Source: Octopus sinensis (lineage: Eukaryota). Taken from it: 64,000 bases of DNA. This document shows positions 54,847-64,000 of the stretch, one piece after another; positions within the stretch are counted from its first letter, which is position 1, and every line of letters begins with the position of its first letter. The position numbers were made by a program, and so were the translations under genes. The notes below the pieces were generated by a model. The model ran no database searches. It was not told the origin of the DNA and was given only the letters and a program-made list of their open reading frames with translations. The stretch is from contig NC_043014.1 of NCBI RefSeq assembly GCF_006345805.1, positions 41,912,001 through 41,976,000 on the forward strand. Reading direction: 5' to 3'.

Positions 54847-56019
54847 CATATACATATACATATATGAAACTCCGACTTTTTTCATGGCTACCGAATAATT
54901 GTCATATATATATACTATATATATATATATAATATATTAAAAATGAGGGTGTCTGACTAAATATCGATATTATCCTCGTATATAAATTTATATATATATT
55001 AATATATATATATATATAATATATGTATGTATCTATGTATGTACGTACGTACACACTTATATGCATAAATACTGAGGTCGATTCGCTCGACTGAACTACT
55101 TCAAGGGTGGGCTCCAGCATAGCCACAGTCTAGTGACAAATGCAAGCAATAATAAAAAGGAATAAATAAAAGATATTGCAAGTAATGATAGTATTCGAAG
55201 CGATAATAAGAAATTAATAAACAAATAAAATTAAATTAACATAAAATAAATATATTATTTTAGACGTATATGGTATTAGAAATATGTCAAGGCGTGTTCA
55301 TCATAAAATGATTTTTGTCAAATATTTACGTAAAATAAGATATATATATGTAAAATAATATATAGTTACGAACAGTGAAATTTTATCACTGACGATTCAC
55401 AATGGTGTGACGACTCATTGACGTAAGGGGAGCGCAATGGGTCAATATCTAAATGTTACAAAATAAGCGAAATAAGAATATTGAAACCATTTTGTGTTCT
55501 TAAATGGCTGAAAAGGTTTCTTTCGCGATGTAAATGTTTCTGTTTCAACTCGTAGCGCCGTATCATATACGGGTTCGTGTTTCTTTGTTTGCGTAATAAA
55601 AACAAGCAAACACACACACACACACACACACGCACGCACAGGATATATAAATATACACACACAAACACACGCACACACAAACACAGAATATATGTGTGCG
55701 TGTGTGTGTGTGCCTAAATCTATGTATGTATGCACATATATAAATATGTGTGGTGTATATATATATATATATATATACACATACATATATGTATGTATAT
55801 ATATATTTATATATATATATATATATTGTATATATATATGTTTATATATATATGTGTATATATATATATTATATATATATATATATGAAATATATATGAA
55901 TGTATATATGTATATACGTATATATATGTGTGTGAATATATATATATATATATGCATGCACACACACACACGCACATACACGCGCACACACATACACACA
56001 CACACATATACACATATGT

Positions 56020-56395
56020 GTGTGGCTCTGTGGTAAGAAGCTTGCTTACCAATCTTATAGTCCCGGGTTCAGTTCCACTGCCTGACACCTTTGGTAAGTA
56101 GCTTCTACTATAGAGTGGGGCCGACCAAATCCTTATGACTGGATTTAGTAGACGGAAACTGTAAGAAGCCCTTCGTATATATATATATATTTGTGTGTCC
56201 GTGTTTGTCCCCCCATTATCGCTTGACAACCGTTGTTGGTGTGTTTACGTCCCTGTAACATAGCGGTTCAGCAAAAGAGACCGATAGAATAAGTACTGGG
56301 CTTACAAAAAATAAGTCCTGATGTGGATTTCTTCGACTGAAGGCCGTCCTCCAGCTTGGTGGCAATCAGATGACTGAAACTAGTAAAAAAATAAA
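56020..56395 (+). mobile_element. SINE-B
   Basis: Homology. Confidence 0.88.
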
Positions 56396-56572
56396 AGAAC
56401 AAAAGAATAAATATATAACAAATTTAAATATTTGGATGTATATGTATGTTTACATATATTTATATATATTTGTACGTATGTATATATGTATGCATGTATC
56501 TATCTATCTATTTATTATTCTATCAATCTTTCTGCCAATCTATCTATCTTCTTATCTATCTATCTATCTATC

Positions 56573-56614
<42 letters not shown>

Positions 56615-56629
56615 AATAATGTCACATGT

Positions 56630-56933
56630 GTTAACATGTGACATTATTGACCGAGGTTACCGTGGTCCTTTCCGTGGGCTTTTCTTTCCACGGGTAAACC
56701 TTATCTGCTTTACCCTTTACACTTTACATCATGACATTTCTGTGATACACGATCCCTACTGATCGTTTTCTTTTCTCTCTCTTTTTTTACGATCCTTTTT
56801 GATTAAAAACCTACCACCCTTGTTATTTTTTATTTGTCTTTTTCTTTTTCTTTTCTTTTCTCTCCAAGAAGAAAAGCTCTACTTTGTAATTTGTCCCCTC
56901 TGTGTTCAGCCCTGTGTGGCTAATAAAGAAACA

Positions 56934-56935
<2 letters not shown>
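56630..56935 (+). mobile_element. 5'-truncated LINE 3' UTR inserted in (TATC)n
   Basis: Homologous to 63669-64000; flanked on both sides by (TATC)n. Confidence 0.8.
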
Positions 56936-57005
<70 letters not shown>

Positions 57006-57239
57006 CATCTAACTATCTATCCATGAATCTTTGTATCTGTCTATCTGTTTTTCAGTCAGTGTTTCTGTCTGTCTGTGCGTGTGTGTCCAAGCCTCCTTCT
57101 AATCCAGTGAACTCTTTCAAATGTAGGTGGAGACACTTAACTCTGATCCTTTCTACAAATATGTTGTTCAAGCAAATGCTAATAGAAATGTATACTCTAC
57201 AATAGGGAGGGAGAGGCAATGGTAAGGAGGTAGACAAGG

Positions 57240-57384
57240 TGGTGGTATGGTGATGGTGGTGGTGGTAGTGAAAGTTGTGACGGTAATGGTGGCGATGATG
57301 GTGGTGCTTGTGATAGTGGCTGAAACTGTCATGGTGGTTCTTGTAGTAATTTGATGGCCACGATGACAGTGGAGATGGTGATGG

Positions 57385-57439
<55 letters not shown>

Positions 57440-57805
57440 AGTGAAGGTAGTCATAGTAATGGTGGTGGAGGTCTAGTAGCGATGTTAATGGTGGTGGTGG
57501 TTGTGGTGGCGGTGGTAGCGGTGTGGCGGTAATGGTGGTGTTGGCGATGATAATGTATGTAGTGATGATGATTGTGGTCGATAAGGAGGTTACGATGGTA
57601 GTAGTGGTGGTCGCAGAGACTGTGATGATGATGATGATGATGATGATGATAGTAGATGTCTTGTTGATTTTCTTGTTGTTGTTGTTGAGAGTGGTGGAAG
57701 CGGCGGTGAAGTTATTGCAGAGATGGCGGCAGTGACGTCTGTGGTTGTGTTGGTGATATTGTTGGTATTGGTAAGGGCGGTGTAGCTGTTGTGTGTACCT
57801 GTACT

Positions 57806-57854
<49 letters not shown>

Positions 57855-57885
57855 CAGCAGCAGCTGCTGCTGCTGCTGCTGCAGT
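57240..57885. repeat. GGT/GAT/TAG trinucleotide low-complexity tract
   Basis: Seen directly. Confidence 0.9.
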
Positions 57886-58017
57886 AAATGTATTTATGCT
57901 GGAAGTTAATGGAATCGTTACTGAAATTGTATAGGTAGCAGTGTAGTGGTGGTAGTGGTCTCGTTAATAATAGTAGTTTAGCAGCAGCATGATGGTTGCT
58001 ATTATTGTTGCTGTTCT

Positions 58018-58236
58018 AAGGTGGTGAGCTGGCAGAATCGTTAAGCACGCCAAGCGAAATAGCAGTATTTCGTCTGTCACTACGTTCTGAGTTCAAATTC
58101 CGCCGAGGTCGACTTTGCCTTTCATCCTTTCGAGGTCGGTAAATTAAGTACCAGTAAATCACTGGGGTCGATGTAATCGACTTATCCCTCGCCAAAAAAT
58201 AATTGCTGCCCTTGTGGCAAAATTTGAAACCATTAT
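58018..58236 (+). mobile_element. SINE-A monomer (tail 2)
   Basis: Tail CCTTGTGGCAAAATTTGAAACCATTATT. Confidence 0.9.
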
Positions 58237-58409
58237 TTTTGCTGTTCTTGTCGTTCAACTTCAGTTCAATCTCTGTCAATGGACCATTAAGTCTTCTTTC
58301 AGGGACTTAACGATGATTACATAGTCGAATGTGTGTTCCTCTCCATTTTAGCCTGGTTAGGGAGAAACTTGCTGCTATGTCATGTATGGCCGAGTGACTA
58401 TGTAGAGAT

Positions 58410-58655
58410 GTAGTCCTTAGACATTTTCTGTCTGCGAACCCCCTTCGATTCCTATTTTACTCTAGTGGACCCTCATAGCCGTTCGATGATTAAGAAAACC
58501 TTATATTTGTATAATTAATTATAAGAAAATGTATAAATGTTTTTTAATGTTTTGTGCATTGTAGAAGAATAACCGATTTATTTCCCATAAATTTTTTACA
58601 ACAAAACCTTATATGAACCCCTAAGGGCCATGTGGGCTCCGATTGAGAACCGCTG
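58410..58655. mobile_element. Possible hAT-type MITE
   Basis: Right end TTGAGAACCGCTG and internal GAACCCC/GGACCC motifs; left TIR decayed. Confidence 0.4.
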
Positions 58656-59114
58656 ATGTAGAAGCTGTCCAATTGGTTGTTACTGTTGTTTAATCATAGA
58701 GTTAGTGGCGTAGCTACAGTGTATGCTACCTGGGACAACCCTTGAGTTTGCCACTTGGAGACCCAGACCATCTTCGGGTCCCCAAGTGGCAAAATCCCAT
58801 AGTAGCAAAATAGACCCAAAATGCCATCCCCATAAAAGCGTCACCCGGGGCAATCCTCAACCCTCGCTTCACAGTCCACCCTACTGCTTAGCACATCTCC
58901 AATGCAATAGACTAACAATCAAACGCATTCCAGTTGTGACTATCCCGTCTTTTCCCATGTACGATCTGTTTAGAGAACATATCATCGGATATGGCCATTT
59001 CTAAGAGATGAAATCTGATTGTAGACGAAGGTAGATTTGGCTGTTATTTCTGGCAGATTGAGCGACCACTAAAAAGCTCCATCAGAGGTAATGGTAATCA
59101 TTGTTATTTATTAT

Positions 59115-59490
59115 TTATGCGCCCTTTTCAAGCCTAGCCAGGCTCATGGGCCCGGTTTCCCGGTTTCTGTGGCTTATGTATCCCCCCCCCACAATTGGAC
59201 GGGACGCCAGTCCATCGCAGCGTTACTCAAGAAAAAGGAAGAAAGCGCGAGAGAAAGTTGGGGCAAAAGAGTACAACAGGGGTTACCACCACCCCCTGCC
59301 GGAATCTCATGGAGCTTTAGGTGTTTTCGCTCAATAAACACACACAACGCCCGGTCTGGGAATCGAAACCGCGAGTCCGCTACCCTAACCACTGGGCCAT
59401 TGCCACTGGGACAAACAAGGACAAACAAACGGTTTAAGTCGATATCGACCCCAGTGCGTAACTGGTACTTATTTGATCGACCCCGAAAGA
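59115..59490 (-). mobile_element. SINE-C (tail 2) fused to SINE-A fragment
   Basis: 59115-59405 matches 30627-30942; 59408-59490 is SINE-A. Confidence 0.82.
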
Positions 59491-59669
59491 ATCCATAGTA
59501 ATCATTGTAATCGCTGTTATTTCTAGCAGATTGAGCGACCTTCATAGGTAATGGCAATCGAGGTAGTCGTCTAAGCTTTACACTCTAAAGAAGGTATTCT
59601 TCGTAATGTGAGATTTGTTGGTATCTGTGACAATTATAATGATGGTGTAGCTGATATAGCATTAATGGA

Positions 59670-59673
59670 GGCG

Positions 59674-59732
<59 letters not shown>

Positions 59733-59879
59733 ACTACTACTACTATCACCACCACTACCACCATCACCACCACTACTACTACTACTACCACCACCACCAG
59801 TACTACTACTACTACTACTACCACCACCACCACCAGTGCTACTACTACTACTACTACTATCACGACCACGACCACCACA

Positions 59880-59922
<43 letters not shown>

Positions 59923-59967
59923 TACTACTACTACTACTACTACAACAACTACTACTACTACTACTAG
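59670..59967. repeat. (CTA)n/(CCA)n tract
   Basis: Seen directly. Confidence 0.95.
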
Positions 59968-60167
59968 ATAAGTACATGCATCCATACGTACATATAAAAG
60001 CAATGAATGCAGTGTTGCCATTAGTGAGTACTGACAGGGAAGTGGCGTTATTTTTAAAAGATACTTTAGAAAATTGGTGCTGAAATGGATATCTCTAATG
60101 ATTGCATGTATGTGCGCAAACATGTACGTATGTACGTGTGTGTGTGTGTGCGTGTGTGTGTCGGTGT

Positions 60168-60198
<31 letters not shown>

Positions 60199-60373
60199 GT
60201 GTGTATGCTTACGTCCTCCTACAAGTGAGTTCAAATTCCACCAAATTAAAAGCCTACCCTTCCACTCCCTCGGGTCGATAAATTATGTACCAGGCATGTG
60301 CTGGTATAGATTCCGTCAGCTATACTCTCTAAACCACTTCTCTCTCTCATTATATACATACATACATATATAA

Positions 60374-60413
<40 letters not shown>

Positions 60414-61519
60414 AAGGTATGTATGTAAATGTATGCAGTATATCTTTTCGGCAGTGTGGCAGTGCTAATAATAAAGCATACACACACACATACATCTATG
60501 TATATATATATATATATATATAGATATATATGTGTGTGTGTGTGTGTGTGTTGTGTGTGTGTGTGTGGGTGTGTGGTGTGTGCGAGTGCGTGTTCATATA
60601 AATATATATACATATGTATGCATATAATATATACCTGTGTGTATGTATATATTTATATATATATGCATGTATGTATGTATATATATATATATATTAAATA
60701 CTATATATATATTATATATAATATATCTATATATATATATATCATACATATATATATGTATGTATGTATATATATATATGCTTCATGTATGTGTTTTTGC
60801 CCACGTTCATATGACATCCGCCTGCGCACACACAACACACCACCCACACACATGGAGAAAGACGCAAGTATAGAATGCGTACGGAAGGGAGGGAGAATCC
60901 GAAAGTTTAAGACTAAATAAGATAAATAAAAAAATAAATAAAAAGAGCAGAAAAAGAGTATTGGTTTCTGTTTGGTTAGCCGCTACGTCTGTATATTTTA
61001 ATTTCCAAATTTAATTTACTTTGAGAGATAAATCACACAAAATTCTTATTTAACACGTAACGGAGTTTAACTGATTTTTTCATATGACTTAGCGTAGTGG
61101 CTTACATCTTGGCGAGTAGACAGGGTGCTAAAAAAAAAGTTAAGAGCCTTTTTGGACGAATCATTATAGAAAGTAAGCTTGGTTATTATTAATCCGCTTG
61201 AGTTTAGTGAGTCGTGAGAGATTTAGCATGTGTTTGAGGTTTAGGGATGTCTTGACAGACATGAAAATCTAAAAAAGGCACACTGAAAAAAAAAACCGAA
61301 TTGACGATGAATACTGAAGGGATCAGGGATTAGCGTAAAACCCAAACGATTTTTATCTTATTGACCCCGAGTCCTGCATTCTCCTTGGCCCCATACTATG
61401 TTTTAAACTCGTCGTCATCGTTGTTATGAAAATCGTTGTAGCTGTTGAATTCCAGATCTTGTCTAATGGAGCACAAGGACGACCAAAGACATTCCTGTAA
61501 TGACTTCTTTAATATGATG

Positions 61520-61898
61520 GAAGCACTCCGTCGGTTACGACGATGAGGTTTCCGGTTGATCCGAATCAACGGAACAGCCTGCTCGTGAAATTAACGTATA
61601 AGTGGCTGAGCACTCCACAGACACGTGCACCCTTAACGTAGTTCTCGGGGATATTCAGCGTGACACAGAGAGTGACAAGGCCGCCCCTTGAATACAGGTA
61701 CAACATAAACAGGAAGTAAGAGTGGAGAAAAGTTGTGGTGAAAGAGTACAGCAGGGATCACCACCATCCCCTGCCGGAACCTCGAGGAGCTTTAGGTGTT
61801 TTCGCTCAATAAACACTCACAACGCCCGGTCTGGGAATCGAAACCGCGATCCTATGACCGCGAGTCTGCTGCCCTAACCACTGGGCCATTGCGCCTCC
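61520..61898 (-). mobile_element. SINE-C (tail 1)
   Basis: Homologous to 13343-13727. Confidence 0.9.
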
Positions 61899-61922
61899 TC
61901 TTTATATATAATTAACTACAGT

Positions 61923-63080
61923 ATAGGTGCAGGCGTGGCTTATAGGCGCAGGGGTGGTTTATAGGCGCAGCCATGGCTACAGGTGCAGGCGTAGTTGTGT
62001 GGTAAGACGCTTGCTGCCCAACCACATGGCTCCGGGTTCAGTCCCACTGCATGAAATACCTATTTCTTTACTACCCACAAGGAGCTAAACACAGAGAGGA
62101 CAAACAAGGACAGACAAAGGGATTAAGTCGATTATATCGTACCCCAGTGCGTAACTGGTACTTAATTTATCGACCCCGAAAGGATGAAAGGCAAAGTCGA
62201 CCTCGGCGGAATTCGAACTCAGAACATAACGGCAGACGAAATACCTATTTCTTTATTACCCACAAGGGGCTAAACACAGAGAGGACGAACAAGGACAGAC
62301 AAAGGGATTAAGTCGATTATATCGACCCCAGTGCGTAACTGGTACTTAATTTATCGACCCCGAAAGGATGAAAGGCAAAGTCGACTTCGGCGGAATTCGA
62401 ACTCAGAACATAACGGCAGACGAAATACCTATTTCTTTATTACCCACAAGGGGCTAAACACAGAGAGGACAAACAAGGACAGACAGACGGATTAAGTCGA
62501 TTATATCGACCCCAGTGCGTAACTGGTACTTAATTTATCGACCCCGAAAGGATGAAATGCACAGTCGACCTCGGCGGAATTTGAACTCAGAACATAACGG
62601 CAGACGAAATACCTATTTCTTTATTACCCACAAGGGGCTAAACACAGAGAGGACAAACAAGGACAGACAAACAGATTAAGTCGATGATATCGACCCCAGT
62701 GCGTAACTGGTACTTAATTTATCGACCCCGAAAGGATGAAAGGCAAAGTCGACCTCGGCGGAATTTGAACTCAGAACATAACGGCAGACGAAATACCGCA
62801 AAGCATTTCGTCCGGCGTGCTAACGTTTCTGCCAGCTCGCCACTACATGAAATACCTTGGGCAAGTGTCTTCTACTAAAGCCTCGAGCAGACCAAAGCCT
62901 TGAGAGTAGATTTCGTGAGCGGAAACTGAAAGAAGCCCGCCGACACAAGTGACCGTTAGAATAAGCACCAGGTTTTAAAAACCTAAGTACTGGGTCGATA
63001 CATTAGACTAAAATTTCTCCAAAGCGATGCCCTAGTATGGTCACATTCTGATGACTGAAATATATGAAAGATAAAAGATA
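61923..63080 (+). mobile_element. SINE-B with reiterated 5' end, split by a SINE-A array
   Basis: Head to 62060; resumes TTGGGCAAGTGTCTTC at 62857. Confidence 0.88.
62061..62841 (-). mobile_element. SINE-A tetramer (one head + four ~184-bp units)
   Basis: Units start at 62061, 62246, 62430 and 62614; 15-bp TSD ACT(G/A)CATGAAATACC. Confidence 0.93.
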
Positions 63081-63360
63081 AGCTTTAAAGATGAATGGGT
63101 GTAACCAAAGGAATGTCGAGCAGCTATTTTTTATCTCGTCAAGCGATCATCGATCACGTGATGACTGTTTCTTCTTCCTTCGACGTGGTTGAAGAACCAG
63201 TTCCAACAAGTCTGGTTTCTCAGTACTGGTTGTACTATTCATCCTTTTGATCGCTGAATACAAAACGTGGTTCGCGAGACGCACATTTCGGGTGAGTTTT
63301 CTGAGACACCATCTCACTCTTGTGTGACAATCGATTACAAAGTTACTCATTAACAAGGAT

Positions 63361-63465
63361 ATAGGCGTAGGTATGGCTGTGTGGTAAGAGGCTTGCTTCC
63401 CAACCACATGGTTCTGTGTTCAGTCCCATTGCGTGGCAACTTGGACAGAATTCTTCTACTATGAC
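63361..63465 (+). mobile_element. SINE-B 5' fragment
   Basis: Homology. Confidence 0.8.
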
Positions 63466-64000
63466 CTCTGATCAATCTCTCATCAACTTCTTCAAGTATC
63501 ACTTGAAAAGGAAAGTGAGAGTAGAGAGGCAATTTTTGTCTAGTGAATGTTTTAAAAAAAGATGGGTGAATGTAGCAAGGATGGCACGTATGAATGACGA
63601 AGCCACCTTGACTATGATCCTATGAACCGTAACAATTAATTAGTTGCTTATTTGTAGAAAAAAATATAACATGAGACTTCATTGACCGAGGTTACTGTGG
63701 TCATTTCCGTAGGCTTTTCTTTCCACGGGTAAACCTCACCTGTCTTCCCATTTACACTTTATATTGACATTTCTGTGATAACGATTCCTATTGATCGATT
63801 TTTTCGTTTTCGTTTTCTTTTTTCTTTTTATTTTATCTTATTTTATTATATTTTTTTTCTTTGCTTTCCTCTTTCTTTCCATTTACGATCCCTTTTGATC
63901 GGAAACCAACCCATGTTATTTTTTTATCCCCAAAAAGAAAAGCTCTACCTTATAATTTGTCCCATCTGTGTGCATCCCTGTGTGGCTAATAAAGAAACAT
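63466..64000 (+). mobile_element. L1/Tx1-like LINE 3' end (ORF2 C-terminus plus 3' UTR)
   Basis: SLINFFKYHLKRKVRVERQFL...FKKRW resembles the Tx1/L1 ORF2 terminus; stop at 63625; UTR ends AATAAAGAAACAT; second copy at 56630. Confidence 0.6.

Noticed and set aside
1992-60920. Numerous YI/HT/CV/poly-residue ORFs
   Set aside because: Translations of di-, tri- and tetranucleotide microsatellites; no coding signal.
62061-62841. CRISPR-like regular array
   Set aside because: Whole ~184-bp units repeat with no unique spacers; eukaryotic SINE sequence with no cas genes.

Overview
AT-rich, repeat-dense eukaryotic DNA. The mix of abundant tRNA-derived SINEs and (TA)n/(CATA)n/(TG)n/(TATC)n microsatellites strongly suggests an octopod cephalopod intronic or intergenic region (inference). 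No intact host gene is recognisable, and almost all listed ORFs are microsatellite artefacts. Supported content: (1) a decayed ~3.4 kb R4/Dong-clade RLE non-LTR retrotransposon abutting (TAA)n; (2) a mariner relic; (3) a Helitron Pif1 fragment and several non-autonomous Helitrons; (4) Penelope-like (PLE) RT and GIY-YIG remnants; (5) 3' ends of an L1/Tx1-like LINE; (6) at least five tRNA-derived SINE types, labelled A-E here; (7) a 100-N gap. Most interesting: short elements, several at (TA)n, carrying minimal PLE-type hammerhead motifs including a repeated CUGUYGA core variant; a SINE-A subtype whose 3' tail matches the LINE 3' end; and recurrent head-plus-headless ~184-bp SINE-A concatemers suggesting self-targeted insertion. 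Coordinates were read by eye and may be off by a few bases.
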